Below are positions 14,251-27,178 of a stretch of DNA of 64,000 bases, piece by piece. Origin of the DNA: the human T2T-CHM13v2.0 reference genome, Homo sapiens; NCBI RefSeq assembly GCF_009914755.1, contig NC_060944.1, one strand, 5' to 3'. Both the position numbers and the translations under genes were made by a program. Below the pieces are notes generated by a model, which was not told the origin of the DNA, did not search any database, and saw only the letters and a program-made list of their open reading frames with translations. Positions within the stretch are counted from its first letter, which is position 1, and each line of letters opens with the position of its first letter.

Positions 14251-15392
14251 ATCCCTACCTATGACTTAGGTAGTAGGAAGGGGGGGTGGGAGGAAGGGGA
14301 TTGGGAGGTAGGAGATAGGGCAGGTGGGAGGTAAGACAGGTGGGAGGAGGGGCGGTGGGAGGCAGAGCGGGCAGGAGGCAGGGTGGGTGGGAGGAAGGAT
14401 AAGTTGGAAGAAGAACTGGTGAAAGGAAGATCCAGTGAGAGGAAGGGCCGGTGGGATGTAGGGCTGGTAGTCCACTCCTGCCTTTTAAGATGCTAAATGA
14501 TTCATCAAGTGCACCAAGCCTGGGAGCGAGGAAGCCAGGATATAAATTCTGCTTTTCTGAGTCTTTGACCCCAGTTAGTGCACACCTTACACTTGGACTA
14601 GGTTCCCAGAGACATCCTGTGGCCCCCGCCCTGATGCCCTTTGTTCCTGTGGGTGAGATCACAGATGCCTTTTTCTGTAAAGTGCAGCATCTTCCTTGGA
14701 CTTAGTTTACACAAGGAAATTCCACCTCCCACTGCCTGAGCTTCCTGGGTGGGTGTTTGGCTGGGTGTGTATTTTCTTTATTACACACCTGCATTTACAG
14801 GGTTTCTCTCCAGGCTGATTGCTGCCCAGTGTGAGGTTGCTGGTGTGGCCATCATTTCTGGAGAGAAATCCTGCCACAGGCAGCCTGCCGAAACCCCAGG
14901 ATAGTGATTACAATAGGCCTGGCTTTCGGCCTTCAAGGTAGTGATGCAGATGGAACGTGGTGGCCAACACCTGGAGAGCCAGGGTTGGAATGATCAGCTG
15001 TCACAGTGCCTGGATGAATTCACCTCACCATCTCTTTGGAAAACAGGTGAAGTGAGACTCCAGCTGAACCCACCAATGTCCATGCCCTGAGGAAGGGGCT
15101 GGGGCTAGGGCCCACATCCTCTTTGTTGATCCTCCTGCTTCTAGAGTCCAGTCTCTCATATTTGAGGAAGCAATTCTTACCCAGAGACCCCAGCTGCCTT
15201 TCCCCTCTTCAGAGCAGCTCTCACTCTATAACAGTGGGATGAGTCCTGACCAAACACAGACTGGCCCTCTTGATGTCCAGAGATGTCTCTGAGTCAGGGC
15301 AGCTTCCTCTGGGGACAGTCAACAGCAGCCTCCCCAACTCCCAGGCAGCAAGTGAGCCCAGGAGATCACTGCCAGTTGCCCATGGCCTGCAG

Positions 15393-15580
15393 ATAGGATG
15401 GGATGGGATGGGATGGGATGGGATGGGATGGGATGGGATGGGATGGGGTGGGGTGGGGTGGGGTGGGGTGGGATGGGATGGGATGGGATGGGATGGGATG
15501 GGATGGGATGGGATGGGATGGGATAGGATTGGATGGGGTGGGATGGGATGGGATGGGAATGGGATGGGATGGGATGGAAT
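15393..15580. repeat. (GGGAT)n pentanucleotide microsatellite with an internal (GGGGT)n block
   Basis: About 37 pentamers, seen directly. Confidence 0.97.
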
Positions 15581-16164
15581 TGGGCCTGTGTTGTCATTAG
15601 GGAGGTTTAAAGTGGCAGGCTCACTTCAAAGCCAGGCCTCCAAATAGGTGTAAGATTGCCTGTGCTTCCAATCATATTAAGCCAAGCACATTTTCTAGTG
15701 GTTTGTCAGCTGTAATCGGTTTCTCTGTAACATTCTGATAGCAGGAGTAGCCCAGCAGGAAGCTTCCTGTCCCTCGATGTCATGCACATGTGGTTCCATG
15801 GAGGGACCCAGTGTACAGGCCAGTGGTAAGTCACCCAAGACCATTGATCCAACCTCAATGGCTTCTTTTCAGTAGAAGGGAACATGTTACACATGATCAG
15901 CCACAGCAAGCCTCTTGCTAAAGCCTCAGTGAGCTTTCTCTGAGCAGGACTGTGGCTTTCTTAGAAACTTTGGCCTTGAAACCTACTTGAACTGAATGAG
16001 GTCTTTCTACTTAAAGAAAGGTGAGGATGGCCCAGCACAGCCCTGGACACCCAGCAGGCAGTGTGTTGCACAGAAAAACAGAGACGTTGGCCTGAAAAAC
16101 ACAACACTGCAACCTCACCTCCAGTCATCCACCAGCCCAGTGACTTTAGGCCAGTGGCTCTGTC

Positions 16165-16350
16165 CACATGTCCACTCCTTCGAATATAACTACAGGCACA
16201 TATGCTGTGCAGGGCACTGTCGTGGGCACCAGGATACAGCAGGGAGAAAGGACAAGGCTACTGCTTCCATGAACTTGCCTTCTTGCAGGGGGAGACAATC
16301 ACCACAAGCAAATAGACAAAACAACCAAAAAAAGCAACAGGTAATGATGA
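16165..16350 (-). mobile_element. L2 3' fragment (host of the LTR22 insertion)
   Basis: tgtgcagggcactgt..gggcaccaggatacagcag..ccatgaacttgccttct..gggagaca. Confidence 0.6.
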
Positions 16351-16354
16351 GTAC

Positions 16355-16825
16355 TGCTGGGGTCTGACACATAGACCCAGGCTGCACGATGGATGAATAA
16401 CGTACTCAGACACTGATATTCAGTGAAAGAGCAGCTAGGGGGCTGGCCCACTCACAGAAAAAGTTGTGGCAGCTATGAACCCTGACTAGCTGGCCCTGCA
16501 GGCATTTATTCAGCACAGATTTAAGGACAAAGGCTTTGAGTCAACACACCTGTGGGTAATTAATCTGATCGCCCTCCCCCAGAGAGAACAGTCCTACAAA
16601 TGATCAAAGGTTGGTCTTAGGACCACACGAGTAAACAAAATATTTAGATAAGCTCCTCTACATTCCTATGTATCTACACCCTAAGCTTTTAAGAGAATTC
16701 AGCTGCCTTCAGCCAAATCTCATGCTGAAGCTATGCAAATCTCCTGGCCTTCCAAGAAGGTTTGTGTCTATTTCCTATAACTTTATGTTTTTAATTTATC
16801 CCACCACCCTGACTGATCCCCTACA
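16355..16825 (-). mobile_element. Solo LTR22-like (HERV-K HML-5) with perfect 6-bp TSD GAGTAC
   Basis: TG...CA termini; minus strand begins tgtaggggatcagtcagggtggtggga; gagtac at 16349-16354 and 16826-16831; AATAAA on minus. Confidence 0.88.
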
Positions 16826-17016
16826 GAGTACAATATAAGAAATTCACATTGGGCTGGTGGCGGGGCTGCAACCACCGCAAGGCAGTTGTGGAAAGCAGCT
16901 TCCCAAAGGGACGGTCCTTCTTAAAACAACAATAACAACTGCATTTAACTCCCAAACCCACACCTTATTAGAAGATTGAAGTCTTGCTCTTAGCCTGGGC
17001 ACTACACTGACTTTCT

Positions 17017-17096
17017 TTCTTTTTCTTTTTAAGTGAAAGCAAATTTATTAGGAAAGTAAAAGAATAAAGAATGACTACTCCACAGGCCGACCAGCA
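17017..17096 (-). mobile_element. Polyadenylated ERV1 LTR R-region retrocopy (MER4-like) inserted in a MIR
   Basis: aagtgaaagcaaatttattaggaaagtaaaagaataaagaatgactactcca; T-rich tail; 14-bp TSD matching at 12 positions (17003-17016 / 17097-17110). Confidence 0.7.
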
Positions 17097-18721
17097 TACA
17101 TTGCCTTTCTGAGACTCAGTTTCCTCATTTACAGCCTTCGGAGAGCAGCCACGTTCACCATCAAGGCTTCGCTATGAAAACTAAAGACATGATGATAGAG
17201 ATGTGGAGGTCTGCGGACAGGAGGTAGGTGTTCTGCTCAGCAGGGAAGTGAGGAATGAGGTCTGGGAGGTGAACTTCTCCTGTGCCGGCATGTGCTGTGT
17301 TTTCCCCACTGAATTCTGATTATCTGATCTATGGCTGTCTGGCAAAGCCCACAACTGTGGGGTCCTGGGCAAAGGTTCCCCTGCGGCACACCTTCAGGCC
17401 ACTCAGATGGGCCTCTCTGACTGCCCATACTGTAAACAAGAAGCAAAACAGCCCAGAGGAGGCCACTGTGTGATTGTTTAAAATCAGTTTTGCTCAAAAT
17501 ACATTCTTAAGTATTTGTAAGAGGATGGGGCAGAAGCCTTTTAAGCAAGCAGTGTGTGTGAAAACAAGTTAGGGGAGGCTGTTTCACCAAAGGAAATCCT
17601 TTCAGAGCTGGGAAAGCATTCATTAGGAAGGCATTCATTAGGAAGGAGGGGTTGGAGCCTGAGGACAGCAGAAGGGCCTGACGTTCTGGGAGTCAGAAGG
17701 GGCCCAGGACAGACAGAAGTGTCTGGGAATCGGGGGATGGTGCCCCACAAAGGCTGGTAAAGCGAGGCCTCGTGTGGCGCTAACATCCTGCCTGGTGCTT
17801 TAGGAGGCCACTTAGGAGGTGGTGTTTGGCTGTAAGAAAAGCTTTTTGTCTTTTCTTTCTGTGTTTACATTTTCTTCCTAAGAGAGGATTGGGAAAACAT
17901 TTCCCCAGTCTCCCACTGTGGTGTTATGGTGGGTGGAGGGAGAGCAGGAATAGGGACGCTGTTTATTCTTCTCAGCTCTTTGCCATTTCCTGGCCTACAA
18001 ACCTTGTGCCAGTGCAGTCGAGAAATTTAGGAAAACAAAACTCACCAACCTAAAAATGTGTACAGAGCCCCACATGTCCAGAGATAAATAGCTCTGGGCC
18101 CAGGGGCCTCTGTCCTGAAAAGCCCGTTATCTTTCCCTGGCATTTCCTAAGCAGTCCCGCCTTGCAACAACTGTTTGGAGAAGGGACGGTGAGGTAAGCA
18201 GGAACACATAAAGTTCATTCATGGGTTGCTTTGAAGCACCATGCGCTTTTCTGGTATCGAGACTGAATAACACTTATGTCAGAAGTAAAACATTGCTACA
18301 GTGACAGCATGGTTGAGTGACATCATGCCTTCATTCCAAAGACCTGAGGTGTTGCTCCTGAGCCCCCGCTGGGGATTGCGGCCCAGGTTCATGCTCTCAG
18401 GCTGCACACACGCACTCTGAAAATGTTTGCCATTAGGGCTGCAAGCCCTCAGTGCCACCAGCTTTACCTGACATAGCAACTCCGTGGAGGTACCATGAAG
18501 TATTCAGGGTAACCCCCCAAAATGAGACACAACTGCTTAGCTGGACTGACTTATTCCCAAGACTCAGAGGCTGATTCAATAAATAGAGGGCCATGTGCTC
18601 AGGTTTGTTCTTTTCTGCTCGTTCCAATCTCTGTTGTCTCCCCCTTTACAGCTCTCTCACAATTTCCAATGTGCATCTCTCTTTTGATACATGAAACTTC
18701 TTGAAGTTTTGAATGGCAAAC

Positions 18722-19262
18722 TGAAGAGGTTCAGAGTATGCCACCCCAAACTTGCCACGTGAACACAAAGATTATTTGGAGCTAAATGTATTTGAGATTC
18801 AGCAGATGCAGAAAGAAGCCTTCCCAGAGCTTCCCTTACCTGACTAAAAGCAGATACTTCTGAGAAATGAAGATGGTCATAGATCCCCATCCTGGGGCAG
18901 TTTTATGCCATGAAGGAGCTGGAAAGTCAGTGTCAAAATGGACCTGCACAGGCAAACCTTACTCTATCAGTTTCCCTCAATGTTTTATCTTCCCCGAGTT
19001 TGCCATCCTCAGAAGCCTGAAAGTTTTTCTTTTGTCTTATCACTTTTCTGTACAATTATTGATTTTTTGTTAAGGTGCTATATGAGCCCAAGTTCTAACC
19101 ACTCCTTTGCCTTAATCGTCACTGAATTTCCCATGTGTATGTGCAATGCACATATTAATAAACTTCTCTTTGTTTTTCTCTTGTTACACATCTGTCTCTT
19201 TTCAATGTAATTTGCGAGACTCCAGCTGAAGAACCAAGAAAGGGAGGGAAAAAGAATTATTC
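18722..19262 (+). mobile_element. ERV1 LTR (MER34/MER39-like)
   Basis: tgaagaggttcagagtatgccaccccaaa..gattatttggagct..tattaataaacttct.. Confidence 0.75.
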
Positions 19263-21254
19263 AATATCTCAATATCATGTCACCTGGACCATTACCAATG
19301 TGGAAAGCAAGTCTCTCAGTATTAAAGGGGGAAGTCAGGTTACAAAAGGGTAGGTATTTTGTGAGACACAAATATAAAGAAAGGTGGATTCCTGAATATC
19401 CTCAATGGTTACCTGAGTTTTACAATTTTGGTACTTAGCAAATACTGATTTCTAACAATTAAAAACACAAAGAGGTACAAGTTTCCTAAGTACCCATTTT
19501 CAAAAGATGCTGTAACCTATCCTTGTACTATAATGCAGTACAAAAGAATAGCCACCAATGGTTTGTAATCCAGGCCAGGTGACACTGCCAGCCAACAGTT
19601 AGGCCAGGGAGCGGTGTTTCCTCTATTCTTTCTTGGTGTAAATGACTGCACAATCTTGACCTAGCAAGGGACTTGAAAACCTTGTCACCATTGTGTCTGA
19701 AGGACTCCACAGCAGGAAGGTGACATGAGTGACCTGTGATTTCAGAGTGTGAAATCATCTATGTATCCAGAACCTTGAGACCAGTGGAACTTGAGGCAGA
19801 AAGTCAAATGCCTTTGACTCCAGGGGCCTCGACAAATGTGCATGAAGTCAGGGTGCAGGTCAGCATGTCCATTCACCCACAGCATGGCTGCATTTCTGCA
19901 GGGCTTGGCAGGTCATAATCTCCTCTCTTCTCCCACACCTCCCACCCAGGAGCTCAAAGCATGCTGCAGACACCCCTGATAAAGGCCAACCTGGTGGGTA
20001 GGGCTCTCTGGGCCATGCTGGGTGAAAGGATGGCTGGCTAGATTATGGGCACACAGCAAAGCTGAGACTGGCCCAAAATGACTGGCACATCTGTCTCCTG
20101 AATGAACGCTCTTTCACGAGAGACTATCCCACAACCCACCGCCATCCCAAGACAGCCAGGTCTCTGCAGAAGGAGGGCACTGAACTGCCCTGCACAAGCA
20201 ATGAGAACTGGACAGACAGGATGTGTGTGAAGTACTCTGCGAAGGGTGTGGGCCGCTGCAGCACAGCATGGAGTGCACTTTGCCTGGGGATGTAGAATGT
20301 TTATAAAGTGCTGCATTGACCACCCCTGGCCCTGATACAAAAGTAAGAATCCAGAGCCCCAACATCAAGGCCTCTCTTAGATGAGGTCACCAGGGAGCAA
20401 ACCCTCCTGTGGTTAACACAATTATCCTATTTTCTTTTATTTCCATAACTCTTCTAGATTCACAGTTGGTAGTGTTGAAAGACTATGATAAGTAGGAGCT
20501 GTCACTCAGAGGTTAGGTGGATTGGATCCAGACACAGACAGATCTGGTGGCTGGAGCACATCTGCCCTCATCCAAGAAATCTGGCCCAGAAGCTGTAAGG
20601 CATGGAGATGCCCTCACACCTCATGAGGGACATGGAAGAGGATGGCACAGTCTCCAGGTACTGGCCATCAGGGCAACTCTGAGCTTTATAACTACCCGTG
20701 AGGTGTGAGGCACTAAATCCCATTGAAAAGTGTTGAAACACAGGCTCAGCCTAACTTGCCCAAGGTCACATGGTAAATGGTAAGGCTGTTTAGATGAAAA
20801 CTAGCTCTTTCTGGGTCCAGTGCCAACATGAGGCCCCTCTGTGTGCCATGAAGGACATCCTCTAAAGAGAGAGACAAACAAAGGCAAGAGTGAGCAAGAA
20901 GAAGAATAGAGAAGAGAAAATGCATACCCCCAAAACTCACCCATCTGCCAACCAGCTCTATAACCCTATGCAGGTCACTCGACCATTCTGGGATTTAATT
21001 AACCTTCTCTTGAAATTCTGCACACAGATTCTCAGTGGGGCTCAGACATCTTGGATTTTTAATGAATGTCCTTGAGTAATTCTCACCATGACGTGAGTTT
21101 GAAAAACACAACCATAAAGTGTCTAAAATCCTATAGATTATAATTAAATATTTGTAGTGCCCCATAACTCCAAATGCAAATAGGCCCCACTTAGCTATCA
21201 TAATAAGACTTTGCACCACATTTTTTGGGAACCGTCTGTATAGGACAATCCCAT

Positions 21255-21380
21255 GCCCCAGTGGTCTCCCCCTTTAATGAACTCAGGGATTACCAGGGAT
21301 CTTCTAAATGCAGATTCTGATTCAGAGGGTCTGGTGGGATGGAGGTTCTGCATTGCTGACCTGCCAAGCCCTGGGAAAAT
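21255..21380. mobile_element. MER5A-like MITE
   Basis: gggatcttctaaatgcagattctgattcagagggtctggtgggatggaggttctgcatt. Confidence 0.65.
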
Positions 21381-24300
21381 GAGGCCATGCCATGTGTGGA
21401 CAATACACTCCCAGGTACTGTCAATCATGCTGGTCCAGGGACCCCACTCTGAGCGGCAAGGATGTGGAGCACCTCTTCCAAAACTGCCTGCGAGGCATGG
21501 GGCACAGTGGGCCCAAGCCTGGACCCCCTTGGTCCTTAGGGCATCGGGGCAGCCAGCCTCAGGGGGCCAGAGCAACATCCTTTGATTACCCCAGGTCATC
21601 ACAAATACTTGTCCCATAAATACATTTTTCTTTGTGTATCTTGACATGAAGGTTGGAAGTTCTGCATAGCTCTGTGGTTCTTAGCATTTACTGGGGCACA
21701 GACTCCAATGAAAGCAACGGGATCCCTTACCCTAGAAGGTAACTCACAATATAAAAAGCTTTGCCTTCAATTTCAAGAAGTCCGTGGATTCTCTAAACTC
21801 ATGCATCATTCAGATGAAAACTAGTGCTATGCCTGCAATGTTTCCAACTCCATTATACAGTTTTGAAACGCTGTGGGCACATCCGCTCCTCATGGCCCGC
21901 AGTGTCCCAGGTCTGAGTCTGAGAATGGTTTTCTAATTATGGCCCCTTCACGTCAGAACTTTGACCCTCATCATATGATTCCACCAAATAGCAGTGGAAA
22001 TGCTCACATTAACTCTGAAAGCAGTGGTGGCGCAAACTCCATGTTGTCAGAGACAAAGTTGTTTCAACAAAACACGCCCACTGCAAGAAACTGTAAATGC
22101 TGAATTTAAATTGTTTCGGGTTTATTTATATTTAATTTATAAATGTGGGTTGGTTTCATAGTGGTCTAAGGCCCGTAAGCAACAAGGACTTACATCTACT
22201 TTGAGGTTTGTACAGATTCAGATAAATTACAATAAAATAAGTCAACACCAAAAAAGAACAAAAATTATTTTCCCATTTAAAAGGAATTTGCACAATTCCA
22301 AATTTGAAAAACGCTGCCCCATAAGTCCCCAGGCTATGCCAGAAACTCAAACCCTCTCTCCCTGCAGATTTGCTGCAGAGCAGCCTCAGCTCAGCAGGCT
22401 CCACGCCTACCTAACCTGAGGTGCTGGGTCTGCGCCATGGTGAAGCGGATGGCGTTCTTATGAAGCTTAAGGGCTTATGAAGTGGATTTTGCCTGCGACA
22501 CATTCCCCATGTTTTGGCGTCAGAGGCTGGCCTGGTGATGTTGCCTGTGGGCTGTGAGCTCAGGGCCTCCTGCTGCCCTGATGCCCTCATGCCTTTCCCA
22601 TTTACCTCTCAGTCCACCAGGTATTTCCACCGTGGGGGTCTCTTCTGTCAGAAACATAGATCACCACCTTTGACAAAAAGGCAAAGACAGTGAAGGAGAG
22701 GAAGGGAGAGTGGAATTCACTCTGCGTTCCAGCCACGGGCCAGGTACTTAATCAACACATACACGGAATTAACCACTATCATCCCCTCTTTACAGACTAG
22801 GAGGCTGAGGCTTAGCAGGTTAAATTTCTTACCAGGGTCACATAACCAGCGAATGGAAGAGCTGAAGTGAGAATGTGGGTCTCTGCGGCTCTTTCCACAT
22901 GGCCCATTGTGCCTTTGGATAATTTAATTCATGACAGCACTTCATTTTCTAAACAAATTCCTGATGAATGGGAAAAAGGAGGTTTTGAAGGGAAAGGAAG
23001 AATATTAGAAATATGAGGAACAAAAACCTTAGAACACAGAGAAATATCTCAAGGAGGAGAATGAGTAGACATAGCTGGGGTGTGTCTATGGGACAAAGAA
23101 CAACTTGCTCATTGAGAGGACTTGGGAGGTTGAGAGAGAGAAAACTCACCAGGCCAACTCTGCTGTTGTCCTGATTTTCTCGAGTTCCCACTGGAAACAT
23201 CAGTAATACCTGCTGATTTATTTAGGTGCTTATATAAAGTTTCACAAGTTTAAAGTAGTGCTCAGCTGGTTATGTATTCCATCCAACCATCCAGTGAGTC
23301 TTAGAAAGTGGATTAGTCGGGGTCTCCAGAGAGACAGAACCTGTAGGATGTACAGGCATATCTAATTTTATTGTTCTTGCTTTATTATGCTTTGCAGACA
23401 TTGCATTCTGTACAAACTGAAGTGTTATGGCAACCCTGTGTTGAGCAAGTCTATGGGCGCCATTTTTCCAACAGCATGTGTTCACTTCATGTCTCGATGT
23501 TACATTTTGGTAATTCTTGTAATATTTAAAGCTTTTTTGTCATTATTATATCTGTTACAGTTGTCTGTGGTCAGTGATCTTTGATATTACTATTGTAATT
23601 GTTTTGGGGCACCACAAACTGCACCCATATAAGACAGTAAATTTAATCAATAAATATTGTGTATGTTTGTTCCATCATCCAGCTGTTCCCGCATCTCTCT
23701 GTCTCACCTTGGGCCTCTCTATTCCCTGAAGCATAACACTATTAAAATTAAGGCAACTAGTAATCCTACGGTGAACCTCTAAGTGTTCAAGTGAAAGGAA
23801 GAGTCACACATTTCTCACTTTAAATCAAAAGCTAGAAACCATTAAGCTTAGAAGATAGGCTTCTTGTGCCAAACAGTTATTCGAGTTGTGAATGCAAAGG
23901 AAAGGTTCTTGAAGAAAATTAAAAGTGCTACTCCAGTGAACACATGAATAATAAGAAAGTGAAACATCCTTACTGCTGAATTTGAGAAAGTTTTAGTGGT
24001 GGAGTTAGAAGATCCAACTAGCCACAACATTCCCTTAAGCCAAAGCCTAATCCAGAGCAAGGCCCTCTGCTCTAATTCAGTGAAGGTTGAGAGAGGTAAG
24101 GCAGCTGAAGAAGAAAAGTTTGAAGCTAGCAGAGATTGGTTTATGAAGTTTAAGGAAAGAAGCCACCTGTAAAAGCCATAATGTAAAAGCACAAGAAACT
24201 GCAGCAAGTTATCAAGATCTAGCTAAGATAATTAATGAAGGTGGCTAAACTAAACAGATTTTCATAGATGAAACAGCCTTCTATCGCAAGAAGATGCCAG

Positions 24301-24564
24301 CTAGAACTTTCATAGCTAGAGAGGAGAAGTCAATGCCTGGCTTCAAAGCTTCAAAGGACAAGCTGACTTTTTTTAGGGGCTAATGCAGCTGGTGACTTTA
24401 AATTAAAGCCAATGCTCATCTTCCATTCCCAAAGTCCTAGGGCCCTTAAGAATTATGCTAAATCTACTCTGCCTGTGCTCTATAATTGGAACAACAAAGC
24501 CTAGGTAACAGCTCATCTGTTTACAGCATGGTTTCCTGAATATTTGAAGCCCACTGTTGAGAAA

Positions 24565-24569
<5 letters not shown>

Positions 24570-24605
<36 letters not shown>
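24570..24605. repeat. (CA)n microsatellite inside the Tigger1 transposase
   Basis: About 18 perfect CA units. Confidence 0.97.
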
Positions 24606-24606
<1 letters not shown>

Positions 24607-25291
24607 GATTTATTTCAAAATATTACTGTTCATTGACAATGCAGCTGGTCATCCAAAAGCTCTAATAGAGATGTTCAAGATTAATGTTGTTTTCACACCT
24701 CCTAACACAATATCTGTTCTTCAGCCCATGGATCAAGAAGTAATTTCAACTTTCAAGTCTTAATATTTAGGAACTACATTTTACAAGGCTATATCTGCCA
24801 TAGATAGTGTTGGTCTTATGGAACTGGGCAAAGTAAATTGAAAACCTGTAAAGGATTCATTATTCTAGATGCCATTAAGAACATTCATGCAGCAAGTTAT
24901 CAAGGGAGATTCATGGAAGAAGTTCAGAATATCAACATTCACAGGAGGTTGAAAGTTGATTCCAAGCCTCATGTATGACTTTGAGGGATGCAGGACTTCA
25001 GTGGAGGAAGTAACTGCAGATGTGTGGAAATAACAGCAACAACAACAAGCTAGAATTAGAAGCCGAGCCTGAAGACGTAACTGAATTGCTGCAATCTCAT
25101 GATAAAATTTAAACAGCTACAGAGTTGCTTCTTATGAATGAGCAAAAAAAAAAAATAGTTTCTTGAGATGAAATGTATTCCTGGTGAAGATGCCATTGAA
25201 GATTGTTGAAATGACAGCAAAGCATTTAGAATATTACATGAACTTAGTTGATAAAGCAGTGACAGGGTTTGGAAGGATTGACTCCAAATTT

Positions 25292-25904
25292 GTTTTTTTG
25301 TTTTTGTGTTTTAATCTTGTATCATAGTGGGTTTTTTTTAATTTTGGAAATAATATTAAACTTAGAGTAAATTGCAAGAATAGTACAAACAACATTCATT
25401 CACCTTTTGTGCAAATTCACTATCGTTAACATTTTACCTCATTTGCTTAATCATTTATGGGTGTGCATGTGTTCTTTCTCTCTCTCTCTCTCTTTATATA
25501 TATGTATATACACATTTATACATATGCACACATATATTATTATTTTGTAACCATTTGAGAGGAAGTTGTAAACATTATAGCTCTTTGCTCCTAAATATGT
25601 CCCTTTTTTTGAATTTAACTGTCATATACAGCCTCTTCATCAGGAATAGATTCCATCTCAACAAACCAATCTTTTTGCTCATTCATAAGAATCAACTCTT
25701 TATCTGTTTAGGTTTTATCATGATATTGCACTATTATATGAAAATAAAAATTAAAATATGTATAAAGGAGAAAATAAGATCATGCATAACAGTCCACTCA
25801 GAGACTGTTAGTATTCCCGTTTAGTCTTCTAGTTATTTCTCTGGATGTTTTAATGTGTATATTTACCGCAGGTTTCTTACAAACATATGTTGCGTAGCAG
25901 TGAC
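25292..25904 (-). other. TSD-flanked, A-tailed retroposed mosaic (old L1MC-like + inverted Tigger1 piece + old L1-like) inserted into Tigger1
   Basis: gactccaaattt (25280-25291) / gactccaatttt (25905-25916); T-rich tail; ATTAAA on minus at about 25310-25315. Confidence 0.75.
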
Positions 25905-26852
25905 GACTCCAATTTTGAGAGAAGTTCTATTGTGGGTAAAATGCTATCAAACAATATCACATGCTACAGAAAAATATTTTGTGAAAGGGAGAGCCAATTG
26001 CTGCAGCAAACTTTATTGCTGTCTTATTTTAAGAAATTGCAACAGCCACCCCAACCTTCAGCAACCACCACCCTGACCAGTCAGCAGCCACCAACACTGA
26101 GGCAGATCGTCTACCAGCAAAAAGATGATGAGTCACTGAAGGCTCAAATGATCATTAGCAATTTTTAGCAATAAAGTATTTTTTAATTAAGTTATGTACA
26201 TTTTTTAGATATAATGCTAGTGCACACTTAATAGACTACAGTGTAGTGTAAACATAACTGTTATATGCACTGGGAAACAAAAAAGTTTGTGTGACTCGTT
26301 TTATTGCAATAGTCACTTTATTGGGGTGGTATGGAACCAAACCCACAACATCCCTGAGGTATGACTTTATATGTGCATATATATATTTATATATAAGAGG
26401 GGATTTATTTGGGGGAATTGGCTCGCCCAATTATGGAAGTCAAGCAGTCCCATGACAGGCCATTCGCCAGCTGGAGACCATGGGATGCCAGTAACGTGGC
26501 TTAGTTCAAGCCTACAGGTCTCAGAGCCAGGTGATGGTGTCCAAGGCTGAAGGCCTCGGAACCTGAGGCAGCCTGTGTAAGTCCTGGAATCCCAAGGCCT
26601 GAGAGCTTGGAGTTCTGATGTCCAAAGACAAGAGAAGAAGAGTGTTTCTCAGCTCTTGGAGACAGGACATCACCTTTCTATTCCATTGAGGGTGGATCTT
26701 CCCCACTCAGTCCACTGACTCTCAAGCCAATCCCCTCCAGAAACACCCTCACAGATACATCCAGAAGTAATGCTTCACCAGTTCTCTGGGTAATACTTAA
26801 TCCAGTCAAGCTCACATCTAAAAGTAACCACCACAGGAGGGTGGAGAATATG

Positions 26853-27178
26853 CAGTCGTGCACCATGTAACAACATTTTGGTCAACAACAGATCACATAT
26901 ATGATGGTAGTCCCAAAAGATTATAATACTATATTTTTACTATATCTTTTCTATGTTAAGATACACAAATGCCATTGTTTACAATTGTGTGTGCATTCAG
27001 CACCATAATAAGCTGTATAGGTTTGTAGCTAGGAGCAAAACCATACCATATAGCCTAGGAGTGTAGCAGGCTGTCACGTAGGTTTGTGAAGTATACTCTA
27101 TGATGTCTGCACAAGAATGAAATCATCTATCGATGCATTTCTCAGAACGTATCCCCATCACTAAGTGACACACGACCG
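26853..27178. mobile_element. Tigger3a/MER7-like MITE
   Basis: cagtcgtgcaccatgtaacaac..gatggtagtccc..gcatttctcagaacgtatcccc..taagtgacacacgaccg|ta. Confidence 0.85.

Larger units (their letters stand above)
23353..26367 (+). mobile_element. Near full-length Tigger1 (TcMar-pogo) DNA transposon; TA target duplication; transposase decayed
   Basis: TIR-like ends caggcata.. / ..gaggtatgactt flanked by TA; DDE remnant [13 protein letters not shown]...[21 protein letters not shown] (24605-24760). Confidence 0.93.
23309..26835 (-). mobile_element. ERVL LTR (MLT2-like) split by Tigger1 (23309-23352 and 26368-26835)
   Basis: attagtcggggtctccagagagacagaacc..aggatg|ta ... ta|..ggaattggctc..aaacaccctcacaga..aatccagtcaag..aaccaccaca. 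Confidence 0.85.

Noticed and set aside
17616-17645. Small exact tandem duplications (15 bp here; 18 bp at 44149-44184; 17 bp at about 59016-59049)
   Set aside because: Common slippage or repair duplications with no sign of function
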